Part shown: positions 19,377-31,111 of the stretch, one piece after another
How positions within the stretch are numbered: the stretch's first letter is position 1
Layout of the letters: each line of letters starts with the position of its first letter
Assembly: GCA_963848295.1 (NCBI GenBank)
Contig: CAWKDB010000010.1
Span: 4,224,001 to 4,288,000, forward strand
Source: an uncultured delta proteobacterium
Lineage (GTDB): Bacteria; Myxococcota_A; Polyangia; Haliangiales; Haliangiaceae
Reading direction: 5' to 3'
Length of the DNA: 64,000 bases
Program-made: the position numbers and the translations under genes
The notes under the pieces: generated by a model
What the model saw: the letters and a program-made list of their open reading frames with translations, nothing else
Told to the model about the DNA's origin: nothing
Databases searched by the model: none

Positions 19377-20568
19377 CGCGCGCTCGCGATCTTCTCGCGC
19401 CTGCACCTGCCGCCGCATGCGGCGCGCGCGTTTCGATGTCCGGGGTCGCACCCGGCGTTGCCGCGCCGATGCCGTCCTTGCGCTGCCCGGCGTGGGTCAG
19501 CGCGGTCTTCGCCAGCACCTCGTCGTGCCAGTCGATCTCGATGACGTTATCCTTCATCATCAAGGCGAGCAGGTTGTACTGATTCTTCGCGTACAGCTCG
19601 CTGGCATCTTGCGCGAGCATCGACGGCACGTTGAGCGGCGCGACGATCGTCACCAGCCCCACATGCGTGGTCTCGCCCGGCTTGGTGTCCTCGCAGTTGC
19701 CGCCGCCCTCGGCCGACAGATCGACGATCACCGCGCCGGCCTTCATGCCCGCGACTTGCGCGCTGCTGATGAGCTTCGGCGATGGCCGGCCGGGAATTGC
19801 AGCCGTCGTGATGATCAGGTCGGCCTGCTGGATATGCGTCGTCAACACCGTCGCGACCTTGGCGTGCTCGTCCGGCGTCAGCTCGCGCGCGTACCCGCCC
19901 TTGCCCCGCGCATCGACGCCGGTCTCGACGAACTTCGCGCCGAGTGACAGCGCTTGCTCCTCGGTCTCCGGCCGCACGTCGTAGCCCTCGACCACCGCGC
20001 CGAGCCGATGCGCGGTCGCGATCGCCTCGAGCCCGGCGACGCCGAGGCCCATCACGAGGACCTTCGCCGGCCCGATTGCACCGGCGGCCGTCGTGATCTT
20101 CGGCAGGATGCGCCCGAGATGGATCGCGCCGAGCTGCACCGCGTAGTAGCCGGCGAGCGCCGACTGACTCGATAGCGCATCCATCGCCTGCGCACGCGTG
20201 ATCCGCGGAACGCGCTCCATCGCGAAGCAGGTGATCTTCTTGTCCACCAAGCGCTGGACGAGTGCCGGCTCGCTGTCCGCATAGATGAAGGAGATCAGGA
20301 TCGCGCCCTCCTTCATCGAGTGGACGACCTCCAACGCCGGTGGCTGGACCGCGAGCACGACATCGGCTTCGCTGACTAGCTGACGACGATCGTCCATGAA
20401 CACGACGTTGTCGAACGTCGCGTCCATCAGCTTGATGCCATCGGCCGCGCCGGTCTGCACGTGCAGCTTCGCGCCGAGCTTGATCAGCTTGGCGGCCACG
20501 GAGGGCACGAGCGCCACGCGACGCTCGTGTGGCCGGGTTTCTTTGAGCACAGCGATATTGATGTACAT
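19357..20568 (-). CDS. pntA: NAD(P) transhydrogenase alpha subunit, NAD-binding part
   Basis: ERRVALVP, PRITRAQAMDALSSQ, GLGVAGL, TTAAIPGR, GGNCE. Confidence 0.95.
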   Translation of the reverse strand: MYINIAVLKETRPHERRVALVPSVAAKLIKLGAKLHVQTGAADGIKLMDATFDNVVFMDDRRQLVSEADVVLAVQPPALEVVHSMKEGAILISFIYADSEPALVQRLVDKKITCFAMERVPRITRAQAMDALSSQSALAGYYAVQLGAIHLGRILPKITTAAGAIGPAKVLVMGLGVAGLEAIATAHRLGAVVEGYDVRPETEEQALSLGAKFVETGVDARGKGGYARELTPDEHAKVATVLTTHIQQADLIITTAAIPGRPSPKLISSAQVAGMKAGAVIVDLSAEGGGNCEDTKPGETTHVGLVTIVAPLNVPSMLAQDASELYAKNQYNLLALMMKDNVIEIDWHDEVLAKTALTHAGQRKDGIGAATPGATPDIETRAPHAAAGAGARRSRARDELRDP

Positions 20569-20668
20569 GATCCGAATCCCGATCCCTCCGCGGAGCCTCC
20601 GCGCTACAGCCAGTGTTACGCCGCCGCCGTTGCCCGCCCAGGTAACGCGACGGCCTGGACGGTGGTGC

Positions 20669-22052
20669 TCACGCCGGGGCGTCCATCGACGCGGTCCGCA
20701 CGAGCTTCTTGTTCACGAACTCCTGGATGCCCATGTCACCCAGCTCGCGGCCGTAGCCCGAGTTCTTGATGCCGCCGAACGGCAGTTCGGCGTCGGACCA
20801 CGAGATGTTGTTGATGAACATCATCCCGGTCTCGACCCGGCTCGCCACGCGCTTGCCGCGCGCGATGTCCTTGGTGAACACCGATCCGCCCAGGCCGAAG
20901 TCCGAGTCGTTCGCGAGCGCGATCGCGGCGTCCTCGTCTTTGACACGGAAGAACAGCGCCACTGGGCCGAAGAACTCTTCACGGAACGCCGGATTCTCCG
21001 GCTTGATGTCGGTGAGAATCGTCGGCGACATATACGAGCCGGCGCGATCGACGCGCTTGCCGCCCATGACGCATCTTGGCGCCGTGCTTGACTGCGCCGT
21101 CGACCTGCTTCAGCAAGTCCACCAGCGCGGACTCCGTCGACAACGGCCCCAGCGTGGTCTTCTCGTCCATCGGATCGCCGGCCTTGAGCGCACCGAGCGC
21201 CGCCTTGAACTTCTCGAGAAACTGATCGGCGAGCTTGTCGACGACGATGAAGCGCTTTGCCGCGCAGCAGGTCTGGCCCGCGTTGTACATGCGGCCCCAC
21301 ACGGCCCACTTGACCGTGTGCTCGAGGTCCGCGTCTTCGAGCACGATGAAGGCATCACTGCCGCCGAGCTCCATCGACGACACCTTCAGGTTCTTACCTG
21401 CTCGCGCGGCGATACTCTGGCCGGCCGCGACACTGCCAGTCAAGGCAACGCCCTTGATCCGCGGGTCATCGACAAGCTTCTCTGATTGGCTATGAGAGAT
21501 CGCCAGATTGGTATATAGGCCGGCCGGCGCGCCCGCCTCGATCCACAGCTTCTCGAACTCGATCGCACACTGCGGGACGATGCCGGCGTGCTTGACCATG
21601 ATCACGTTGCCCGCCATCAAATGCGGACCCGCGACGCGTGCGAGCTGGTAGTAGGGGAAGTTCCACGGCTCGACGCAGAAGATGATGCCGATCGGGCTAC
21701 TCTCCATGTGCGCCTCGCCGACGCTCGGATGCAAAGCAACTGGCGCCAAGAACTTCTCCGCGTTCTTTGCGTAGTAGCTCAGGATGTGGCTACTGAACGT
21801 GACCTCGCCGCGGGCCTCGTTGATCCGCTTGCCCATCTCCAGCGTCGCGAGGCGCGCGTACTTGTCGACGTTGGCGGCCATGAGCTCGGCCGCCTTGTTG
21901 ACGATCACGGCGCGCTCGGCGTAGCTCTTCTTGCGCCATTGCACGAACGACGACGCCGCGGTCGCGATCGCCTTCTCGAGCTGCGTATCCGACAGCTCCT
22001 CGAACTTCTTGATCGTCTTGCCGTCGCTCGGATTTACACTTTGGTAGCTCAT
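20669..22052 (-). CDS. NAD(P)-dependent succinate-semialdehyde/aldehyde dehydrogenase (one frameshift near 21070)
   Basis: EPWNFPYYQ, MELGGSD, NAGQTC, EEFFGPV, PFGGIKNSGYGRE. Confidence 0.92.
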
Positions 22053-22113
22053 GGTCAGCCTCTTTCTTGGTTCACGTGAAGCGGGTGAAATGGGTGGATC
22101 TCGCGACGCCTCG

Positions 22114-23151
22114 CTAGGCCTCGATCAGGACCTTGAGCGCGCGCGTGTCGGCGGCGTGGCCGAACGTGTGATAGGCGTCGAGCACCTGATCGAGCTTGAA
22201 GCGATGAGTGACGAGGCGCTTCGGGTCGATCTTGCGCGCGCGCAGCATCTCGAGCAGCACGGGCGTGCTGACCGCATCGACCAAGCGAGTCGTGATCGTG
22301 ATGTTGCGATCCCACAGTCGCTCCATGTGGAGCGTCACCTTGGTGCCGTGCACGCCGATGTTGGCGAGATGCCCGCCGGGCGCGATCAGGCTCGCGCACA
22401 GCTCGAACGTCGCCGGGATCCCGACGGCCTCGATCGCGGTATCGACACCACGCCCCGCGGTCAGCTTCATGACGGCCTCGACCGCCTTGCCATCGCGACT
22501 ATTGATCACCGACGTCGCGCCGAACGTCTTGGCGAGCTCGAGGCGATTGTCGTCCAGGTCGATCATGATGATCTCGGCCGGCGAGTAGAACTGCGCGGTG
22601 AGTAACGCCGCGAGGCCGATCGGACCGGCGCCAACGATCGCCACGACGCCACCCGGCGCGACTCTGCCGTTCAACACGCCGCACTCGAAGCCGGTCGGCA
22701 GGATGTCGCTGAGCATCACCAGCGCTTCTTCATCCGCGCCGTCGGGAATGCGATAGAGGCTCGTGTCGGCGTGCGGAATTCGTACGTATTCGGCCTGCGT
22801 GCCGTCGATGCTGTTGCCGAGAATCCAGCCGCCCGTCGTGCAGTGCGAGAACATCAGCTTCCGGCAGTACACGCACTTGCCGCACGCGCTGATACACGAC
22901 ACCAACACGCGGTCGCCTGGCTTGAACATCGTCATCGCCGGCCCGGCCTGATCGATCACGCCGACGCCCTCGTGGCCGAGGATTCGCCCGGGTTGGCACG
23001 TCGGAACGTCGCCTTTCAGGATGTGCAGGTCGGTGCCGCAGATCGTCGTCTTGGTGATCTTGACGATCGCATCGGTGGGCGCCGCAATCTCCGGTTTCGG
23101 GCGCTGCTCGAGCGCCTTCTTGTCAGTGGCTTGATAGACGAGTGCTTTCAT
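22114..23151 (-). CDS. Zinc-dependent alcohol dehydrogenase
   Basis: ICGTDLH, GHEGVG, CGKCVYC, GAGPIG. Confidence 0.95.
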   Translation of the reverse strand: MKALVYQATDKKALEQRPKPEIAAPTDAIVKITKTTICGTDLHILKGDVPTCQPGRILGHEGVGVIDQAGPAMTMFKPGDRVLVSCISACGKCVYCRKLMFSHCTTGGWILGNSIDGTQAEYVRIPHADTSLYRIPDGADEEALVMLSDILPTGFECGVLNGRVAPGGVVAIVGAGPIGLAALLTAQFYSPAEIIMIDLDDNRLELAKTFGATSVINSRDGKAVEAVMKLTAGRGVDTAIEAVGIPATFELCASLIAPGGHLANIGVHGTKVTLHMERLWDRNITITTRLVDAVSTPVLLEMLRARKIDPKRLVTHRFKLDQVLDAYHTFGHAADTRALKVLIEA

Positions 23152-23185
23152 CGCGTGCTCTCTTTCGTTCCTCGGCTGAAACAGC

Positions 23186-23506
23186 TCATCGCTGAAATGT
23201 GCGGACGTAGTCGACCAGCGCTTTGAGCTGATCGCCCGCGAGCGCCGTGAACCCCGGCATGTCTGCCTTGCCGAGGTGGATCTCTTTGCCGACGTCGGCG
23301 TCGCTCAACGCATTGAGCGTCTTGCCGTCGCTCCAAGCCTTGACGTTGAGGTGCTTGCCCATCGGCGTTTGGCCCGCGCCGTCGGCGCCGTGGCACATCG
23401 CGCACTTGTCCTGGAACACCTTCACCGTCGCGCTGTCATCAGCGACTGCGATGCCGGTAGGCGCCAAGATCGCGAGCGCGATCGTTAATCGGATGCATGT
23501 CTTCAT
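23186..23506 (-). CDS. Small periplasmic c-type cytochrome
   Basis: Signal peptide; CAMCH heme motif; distal Met (DMPGF). Confidence 0.88.
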   Translation of the reverse strand: MKTCIRLTIALAILAPTGIAVADDSATVKVFQDKCAMCHGADGAGQTPMGKHLNVKAWSDGKTLNALSDADVGKEIHLGKADMPGFTALAGDQLKALVDYVRTFQR

Positions 23507-23599
23507 GATGATGCTTTCGCAGAGTGATCCGATGGGACGCGAGCGCCTCGTCCCGCGCGAGGACTTCGCCGCGCCCACCGACCGGTCGGACTTCGCGTG

Positions 23600-23803
23600 T
23601 GCATGTGTCGAGCCGAGCATCGAGTGCGGAGATTCAGACGAGAGCGCCACGGAACGCACCCGTATTGGCCGCCGGCGCACGGTGGGCGCGCACGCTCGAT
23701 CGTTCCTGCGGTCAGGTGTTGTCGACGCCCGCGCCGATACTGCAGCGCCGTGTCCGATCGCGCAGCTCCTGCGGCGCACGCGACCTGACACGCACTTTCT
23801 GCG
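23600..23803 (-). promoter_or_regulatory. Sigma54-like promoter with CGCA-N5-TGCG sites
   Basis: CGGCTCGACACATGCA (GG-N10-GC); sites at 23676 (1 mismatch), 23761, 23791. Confidence 0.5.
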
Positions 23804-23829
23804 CACGGCACACCACGCTTGTCGACCGG

Positions 23830-24937
23830 TCACGCGCCAACATCAACGCGCACGGTGTGGTCGGCAAGAAGTCTGCTTGCGTGTCGCGCCAGCATGCGCT
23901 CTTCATCGGTGGCGACGACGCGCACTTCGCACGTGCCGCGGCTGATCAGCGGGGCATCAGCGCGATTACTGCTCTCGTCGATTTCGATCCCGAGGAACTC
24001 GAGACCACGACAGATCTCGAGGCGGACGGCCGCCGCGTGCTCGCCGATGCCGCCGGTGAACACGAGCGTCTCGATGCCGCCGAGGACCGCGGCGAGAGAG
24101 CCGATCGATCTTCTCGCGTGGTAACAGAACACGTCGATCGCGAACGCGGCGCGCGGATCGCTGTCGCGCACCGCGAGCAAGCGCTGGACGTCGGCGGTCG
24201 TGCCCGACAACGCGAGCAGGCCGGCCTCGTGATCGACGAGCTGCGCGAGCGCGCGGCCGTCGTGACCGTGCGCGAGCAGATAGATCAGCACGCCGGGGTC
24301 GAGATCGCCCGAGCGCGTGCCCATCACGAGCCCGCCGGTCGGTGTGAGCCCCATCGTCGTCTCGATCGAGATGCCATCGCGGACCGCGACCATGCTGGCG
24401 CCGTTGCCGAGATGGGCGAACACGGCACGGCGCAACGCGGCCGGGGGGAGCGATGCGGCGAGGAACTCGTACGACAGGCCGTGGAAGCCGTAGCGGCGGA
24501 TGCCCGCGTCGTAGAGCGCCGACGGCAGCGCGAAGCGACGCGCGAGCTCGGGCAGCGTGCGATGGAACGCGGTATCGAAGCAGGCGACCTGCGGCAGCGC
24601 TCCGAACCGCGCGCGGACCGCGGCGATCGCGGCGAGCTCGACCGGCAGGTGCAGCGGCGCGAACGGGAGCGCGCGCTCGAGCGCGGCGAGCAACGCGTCG
24701 TCGACGACCGCGGGCTCGAGGTGATCGGGACCGCCGTGGACGATGCGATGCGCCACCACGGTCGGGCGTTCGCGCCGCGCCGACCGAGCTCGTCGAGCAC
24801 CGCGTGCACGGCTTCGGCGTGATCGACGTGCCCGCCCGCCCCGATCCGATCGATCGCGCCGCGTCCACGAGGCTGTCGTCGGCGAACACCGCGTACTTCA
24901 GCGACGACGAGCCGCAGTTCAACGCGAGCACGTTCAT
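23830..24937 (-). CDS. ackA: Acetate kinase (frameshifted)
   Basis: LALNCGSSSLKY, HRIVHGG, FDTAFH, RRYGFHGLSY, HLGNGAS, GTRSGDLDP, FTGGIGE. Confidence 0.93.
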
Positions 24938-27340
24938 CGCGGGCCAGGTCCAGCTCGCGGATCTCCGGCAGGTCCTCGAGGTGCTCCGCGACGTACGCTG
25001 CGCTGGCGCGCGAGCATCGCGAAGCAGGCGTCGGTCAGCTCCTTGGCGTTCGGCGAGCGGCCGGCGCGCGCGCCGGATCGCGTCGATCGCGAGGTGGTAG
25101 CGGCTGGTCTCGTTGAGCACGACCATGTCGAACGGCGTCGTCGTGGTGCCTTCTTCTTCGTAGCCGCGGACGTGGAACCGCGCCGCGTGGGGACGCGCGT
25201 GCAGGAGCTGATGGATGCGCGCCGGGATAGCCGTGGAACGAGAAGCACGACGTGGGTGTCGCGCGTGAACAGCGCGACGAACACGCTCGTCGGTCATGCC
25301 GTGCGGGTGCTCGCGCGGCGAGAACAGCTTCATCAGATCGACGACGTTGACGACGCGCACGCGCAGCGCGGGCGCGTGCGCGCGCAGCCACGCCGCCGCC
25401 GCGAGCGTCTCGAGCGTCGGCGATGTCGCCGGCGCAGGCGAGCACGACGTCCGGGTCGTCCGTCGGCGCGGTCGCGGCTCGGTGCAGCTCGGCCCACGCC
25501 CACGCCCAGATCGACGCGCCGCGCGCGCAGTGCTCGCGCGCCGCCGCGAGGTCGAGCCACTGCAGCTGCGGCTGCTTGTCGATGATGATCGAGGTTGACG
25601 TAGTTCTTGCTGCGAAGGCAGTGGTCGGCGACCGAGAGCAGGCAGTTCGCGTCGGGCGGCAGGTAGACGCGCGCGACGGTGCCCTTCTTCGACATGATCG
25701 TGTCCATGAAGCCGGGCCCCTGATGGCGAGAAGCCGTTGTGGTCGTTGCGCCAGCACGTCGACGTCAGCAGGTAGTTGAGCGACGGCACCGGCGCGCGCC
25801 ACGGCAGGCCGCCAGTCATCTCGAGCCACTTCGCGTGCTGCGTCGCCATCGACGCGACGATCAGCGCGAACGCCTCGTAGGTCGCGAACACGCCGTGGCG
25901 GCCGGTGAGCACGTAGCCCTCGAGCCAGCCCTGGCAGTTGTGCTCGCTGAGCACCTCCATCACGCGGCCGTCGGGCGAGACGTGGTCGTCGATCGCGATC
26001 GACGGCTCCTGGAAGCAGCGGGTCTCGACCTCGAACACCGCGCCGAGCCGGTTCGAGTTGGTCTCGTCGGGGCAGACCAGCCGGAAACGTCGTCGGGTTC
26101 GCTGACGTAGAGGTCGCGCAGCAGCTCGCCGAGCGCGCGCGTCGACTCGTGGCGCATGGCGCCCGGCGCGGGCACGTCGATCGCGTAGGTCGCGAGCGCG
26201 GGCACGTCGAGCTCGATGCGGAGCCCGCCGCCGTTCGCGTGCGGGTTCGCGCCCATGCGCCGCGCGCCTTTCGGCGCCAACGCGCGCAGCGAGCTCGGAC
26301 GAGCGGCCGTTCGTCGTCGAACAGCGCGCTCGGGCTCGATAGCTGCGCATCCAGGCCTCGAGCATCGCGAGGTGCGCCGGATCCGTGCGCACGCCGGCGA
26401 GCGGCACCTGGTGCGCGCGGAACGTGCCCTCGACGGGCAGGCCGTCGACGACTTTGCGGGCCGGTCCAGCCCTTCGGCGTGCGCAGCACGATCATCGGCC
26501 AGCGCGGCACGCCGCGAGCGCCGCCGGACGCGCGCGGCATGCCTGGATCGACCGGATCCGCTCGACGCACGTATCGAGCGTCGCCGCGAGCGCGCGGTGC
26601 ACCGGCATCGGATCGTGATCGCCTTCGACGAAGTGCACCTCGTAGCCGTGCCCCTCGAGCATGACTGCGGATCGACGTCGTCGGTCGCGCGGCCGAGCAC
26701 CGTCGGGCCGGAGATCTTGTAGCCGTTGAGGTGAAGGATCGGCAGCACCGCGCCGTCGCGCGCGGCGTTGAGGAAGCTTGATGCCCTTCCACGAGCCCTC
26801 GAGCGGCCCGGTCTCGGCCTCGCCGTCACCGACCACCGCGACCGCGACCAGGTTCGGGTTGTCGAACACCGCGCCGAACGCGTGCGTGAGCACGTAGCCG
26901 AGCTCGCCGCCCTCGTGGATCGAGCCGGGCGTGGTGCGGCCCGACGTGGCTCGGGACGCCGCCGGGCGTCGAGAACTGGCGGAACAAGCGCGTCATGCCG
27001 ACCGCGTCTTCAGTCGACCCGCGGATAGATCTCGGAGTACGTGCCTTCGAGATAGACGTTCGCGACGATCGCCGGCCCGCCATGGCCGGGGCCGGCGAGG
27101 AAGATCACGTCGAGATCGTGCCTCTGGATCACGCGATTGAGATGCGCGTAGATCAGGCTGAGCCCCGGCGACGTGCCCCAGTGTCCGAGCAGGCGCGGCT
27201 TGATGTGCTCGGGCCGCAGCGGCTCGCGCAGCAGCGGGTTGCTCGAGCAGGTAGATCTGCCCGACGGTCAGGTAGTTCGCGGCGCGCCAGTAGGCATCGA
27301 GGCCGTGCAGCTCGTCGTCATTGATCGAATTCGTCGTCAT
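24934..27340 (-). CDS. xfp: Phosphoketolase (frameshifted)
   Basis: [70 protein letters not shown]. Confidence 0.95.
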
Positions 27341-27384
27341 CTGATGATCCGCCCTCTCTTTCTTCGCTGTGCGAATCGCGGAGC

Positions 27385-27912
27385 TCAGACGCCGGCGGTC
27401 GCGCCGTGCTCGTCGAGCCAGAGCGCGCCGGTGGTCGCGAGGATGCGCTTCGCCGTGGCGACCTCGTCGAGCGTGCCGTGCGCGACGACGACGAACTGGT
27501 CGGCCTTGAGCGCGGTCTCGTACTTGAGGACGCTGTCCTTGGGAATGCCGATGCTGTAGAGGCCCGCGCCGAGCGCGGACAGCCCGCCGACCACGGCCGC
27601 TTCGCCGAGCGCGCCGACGATCCACCCCACCACCGGCCCGAGCGCCATGATCTGCCCGAAGCCCGGAATCGCGAACAACGCGGAGCCGAGCAGCAAGCCC
27701 CACAAACCACCCCAGAACGCCCCGCGCTTGCCCCAGAACTTCATGCGGTCACCGGCGTTGTAGAAGCCGATGACATGATCTTCGGTGTGATAGTCCTTGC
27801 CGACGATCGACAACTTCTTCATGTCGAATCCGGTGCTCTGGAACGCGCGCAGCGCCGCCTCGGCCTCGGGATGCGTTGCGTATATCGCGACCACGCTGTT
27901 TAGCTTTTCCAT
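27385..27912 (-). CDS. General-stress/DUF1269-like membrane protein
   Basis: [50 protein letters not shown]. Confidence 0.85.
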   Translation of the reverse strand: MEKLNSVVAIYATHPEAEAALRAFQSTGFDMKKLSIVGKDYHTEDHVIGFYNAGDRMKFWGKRGAFWGGLWGLLLGSALFAIPGFGQIMALGPVVGWIVGALGEAAVVGGLSALGAGLYSIGIPKDSVLKYETALKADQFVVVAHGTLDEVATAKRILATTGALWLDEHGATAGV

Positions 27913-27928
27913 TGTGCGAACCGCAACA

Positions 27929-27944
27929 AGCACGATCCGCGCCG
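27929..27944 (-). promoter_or_regulatory. Sigma54-like promoter of the stress protein-xfp-ackA operon
   Basis: CGGCGCGGATCGTGCT. Confidence 0.5.
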
Positions 27945-28156
27945 CCATCAGCTCGAACGGGCGCACATGGCGCGGGGCGACGAGGCCCCTGCTACCGAGT
28001 GTGACGTTGCTGGCTCGCGACCGGCAACTCGCCGTGCGCACGCGCTCACTGTGCCGGAGCGCCCTTCAATTCGCGCCGAATCGCGTTGAGACCGCCCGCA
28101 ATAGGGCGTATTGCGCATGCCCGGTCGGCGTGGCGTGGCGTTGGCGTTGTGACAAC

Positions 28157-29209
28157 ATGTTGTACGAATTCCTTATCGAGAACCGTGCCGAGCTGATCGC
28201 GCGCTGCCGCGCAAAGATCTCGAGCCGGCCGGCGCCGCAGCCCACCGACATCGAGCTCGAACACGGAGTGCCGCTGTTTCTCGATCAGCTCGTCGACACC
28301 CTTCGCGGTGCGCTGACCGCCAACGCTGCAATCGACGATAGCGCCACGAGGCACGGTCACGAGCTGCTCGTGCGCGGCTTTACGATCGCGCAGGTCGTGC
28401 ACGACTACGGCGGCGTCTGTCAGGCGATCACGGAGCTTGCAGGCGAGCGGAACGCTCCGATCGAGCCCGGCGAATTTCAGGTCCTCAACCGTTGCCTCGA
28501 CGAGGCGATCGCAGCCGCGGTCACCGCATATGCAAAGCTACGAGCGCGCGAAGGTACCGAGCGGCTGGGGATGCTAGCTCACGAGCTGCGCAACCGGCTC
28601 AACACCGCCATTTTGTCGTCCGACATGCTGAAGTCTGGCAGCGTCGGTTGGACGGGGAGCACCGGCGCGGTGCTCACGCGCAGTCTGATGGGCCTGAAGA
28701 CGCTCATCGATCGCGAGCTTGCGGACGTGCGCATCTCGTCGGAGAACTGCCAGCTCGGGACGCTGTTGATTCGAGATTTCGTCGCCGACATCGAGGTTGC
28801 GGCCGCGATGGAGGCGACCGCTCGCGGACTCACGCTCTCGGTGGTATCCGTCGCTGACGACGTCGCCGTGAACGCCGACGAGCACATCCTGGCATCGGTC
28901 GTGTCGAATCTGTTGCAGAACGCGTTCAAGTTCACCCGGAAGGGCGGTCACGTCGTCTTGCGCGTGCGCGCGACGGTCGAGCGCGTCCTGATCGATGTCG
29001 AGGATCAGTGCGGAGGGCTGCCGCCGGGAAAGGTCGGCGATCTGTTTCAGCCATTCGAGCAAGGTGGCGCCAATCGCGCAGGCCTGGGGCTCGGGCTGTC
29101 GATCTGCGAACGCGGCGCCCGGATGAATGATGGGAAGCTCCACGTCGTCGACCGCCCTGGCACGGGGTGCGTCTTCACGCTCGATCTGCCTCGCACGCTC
29201 GCGAAGTGA
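28157..29209 (+). CDS. Cytoplasmic sensor histidine kinase (RsbRD_N-like input)
   Basis: LAHELRN H-box, NLLQNAFKF, GLGLGLSI; N-terminal RHG..RGFTIAQVVHDY. Confidence 0.9.
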   Translation: MLYEFLIENRAELIARCRAKISSRPAPQPTDIELEHGVPLFLDQLVDTLRGALTANAAIDDSATRHGHELLVRGFTIAQVVHDYGGVCQAITELAGERNAPIEPGEFQVLNRCLDEAIAAAVTAYAKLRAREGTERLGMLAHELRNRLNTAILSSDMLKSGSVGWTGSTGAVLTRSLMGLKTLIDRELADVRISSENCQLGTLLIRDFVADIEVAAAMEATARGLTLSVVSVADDVAVNADEHILASVVSNLLQNAFKFTRKGGHVVLRVRATVERVLIDVEDQCGGLPPGKVGDLFQPFEQGGANRAGLGLGLSICERGARMNDGKLHVVDRPGTGCVFTLDLPRTLAK

Positions 29210-29337
29210 GCACCTCGTCAGTCGGGGTCGGCGCCCCCCGGGCGTCTGCTCGCGATCTCGCTGACGCGCGGTCGTCGCGCGATCGATGTTCGGGATATCC
29301 AGCGAGAAGCGTCCGATCCGACATATAAGCTCATGCG

Positions 29338-30610
29338 ATGCTCAAGGACCTGCTCCCGATGGTGCCGGTCGACGCGCTCAACATCGCGCTCGTGCTGGCG
29401 CTGGCGTTCTTCGTCGGCCTCGAGCGCGAGGAGCACAAGCAGCGCGATGCCGGGCTACGCGTTCGGCGGGGTCACGGACCTTTCCGCTGATCGGGCTCGT
29501 CAGCTACGCGCTCGCGCTGATCTGCCGCGCCCGACCTCGTGCCCTGGGTGGTCGGCTTCGCCGTCGTCGGCGGCTTCATGCTGCTGTCCTACTACCACAA
29601 GCTCTCCGCCGAACCGCCGGCCGGGCGTCACCACCGAGATCTCGGCGCTCGCGACGTACGTCGATCGGCGGGCTGGTCCAGCACGAGTACTACTGGATCG
29701 CGACGACCATCGCGCGTCCTCAGCGTGCTGCTGCTCGAGCTCAAGAAGGGGCTCGAGGGGCTCACCAAGCACGTCGCCTCGAACGAGATCATCACGGTCG
29801 CGAAGTTCCTGGTGCTCGCCGTCGTCATCCTGCCGATCGTCCCCGATCGCGAGCTCACGCGCTTCCACCTCAATCCGTTCAAGACGTGGCTCGTCGTCGT
29901 CGCGGTGAGCGGCGTGTCGTTCGCGAGCTACGTCGCTGCAGCGCGTGCTCAAGGGGCGCGGCGGCGTCGTGCTGTCCGCGGTCCTTGGCGGCGCGTATTC
30001 GTCGACGGTGACGACGGTCGTGCTCGCGCGACAGGCCAAGGAGGCGCTGCGGCCGAACCTGTTCGCCGGCAGCATCCTGATCGCCTCCGGCGTGATGTAC
30101 GCTGCGGCTGGTGCTGCTGCTCGCGCTTCTTCAACCGCGGCGCTCGCGGCCGAGCTCGCGCCCGCGTTCGCGGCGCTCGGCGTCGTCGGCGGCGCTGGCC
30201 GGTTGGGTCGTCTCGCGACGGAGCGACGGCGACGCCGCGCCATCGAGCAACGCCGCGAGCCGAAGAACCCGCTCGAGCTCAGGGCGGCGTTCCTGTTCGC
30301 GCTCGTGTTCGTCGTGATCCTGGTGCTGACCAACCTGCGCGCGAGTACCTCGGCCGCGCCGGCCTCTACTCGCTCGCCGCGATCATGGGCGTCACCGACG
30401 TCGATCCGTTCATCCTCGGGCTCGCGCAGGGCGGCGCCGCGCGACGCCGCTCCGACTCGCCGCGGCGGCGATCGTGATCGCCGCGGCGAGCAACAACGTC
30501 ATCAAGGCGATCTACGCGTACAGCTTCGCCGATCGAGCGACCGGGCGGCGAGCCTTCGTCATGCTGGTCGCACTCGCGCTCTCGGGCTCGTTCCGCTCGC
30601 GTGGCTGTGA
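29338..30610 (+). CDS. MgtC/SapB + DUF4010 membrane protein (frameshifted)
   Basis: VGLERE, GVTTE, NPFKTWLVVVAVSG, GGAYSST, GVTDVD. Confidence 0.85.
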
Positions 30611-30611
30611 G

Positions 30612-30878
30612 CTATCCCGGCAACGCGCTCGCCGCGACCGGCGCGACGCTGATCGACGCCCGTGGCGCGACTCGGCCCCACTTGACGCGCGCCCAGATGC
30701 GCTCGTGAGCGTAGTACCCGACGGTCGTGTAGACGTTGCTGACGATCATAAACCCCAACGCGACTTCGACCTTGCGAGTGAAGACGTAGATCGCGAGGAA
30801 GTCGAGGCACACGATACATACGCGGTACGTGACCGCTTTGACGATCGACCGTTTGGTCGTGTCCACGAGGGGCTGCAT
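30612..30878 (-). CDS. DUF2061 small membrane protein
   Basis: RSIVKAVTYR..YYAHERIWARVKWG. Confidence 0.85.
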   Translation of the reverse strand: MQPLVDTTKRSIVKAVTYRVCIVCLDFLAIYVFTRKVEVALGFMIVSNVYTTVGYYAHERIWARVKWGRVAPRASISVAPVAASALPG

Positions 30879-30943
30879 CGAACAGTCCCTTGCAATCATG
30901 GGGCCGCGCATCTCGTCCTTCGCGAAACCGTAGGGGACCGAGC

Positions 30944-31061
30944 CGCATGATGTGCCGCGGCGGTCGAAAGCGCGCAAGCCGTGCGCGCGACTCGACTCGG
31001 ACCGCGCGGGAGAAGGCGCTCGCACAGATCGGCAGGGAGGCGAGTCGGCGCGTTCCATGCA
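30944..31061 (+). promoter_or_regulatory. Sigma54-like promoter with two upstream CGCA-N5-TGC[GC] sites
   Basis: CGGCGCGTTCCATGCA at 31046; GCGCGCA-AGCCG-TGCGCGC at 30970; CGCATGATGTGCC at 30944. Confidence 0.55.
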
Positions 31062-31111
31062 TTCCCTCGTCCTCTACACGCTCGCTGATGTGGAACGAAA
31101 GGATCACTTCG

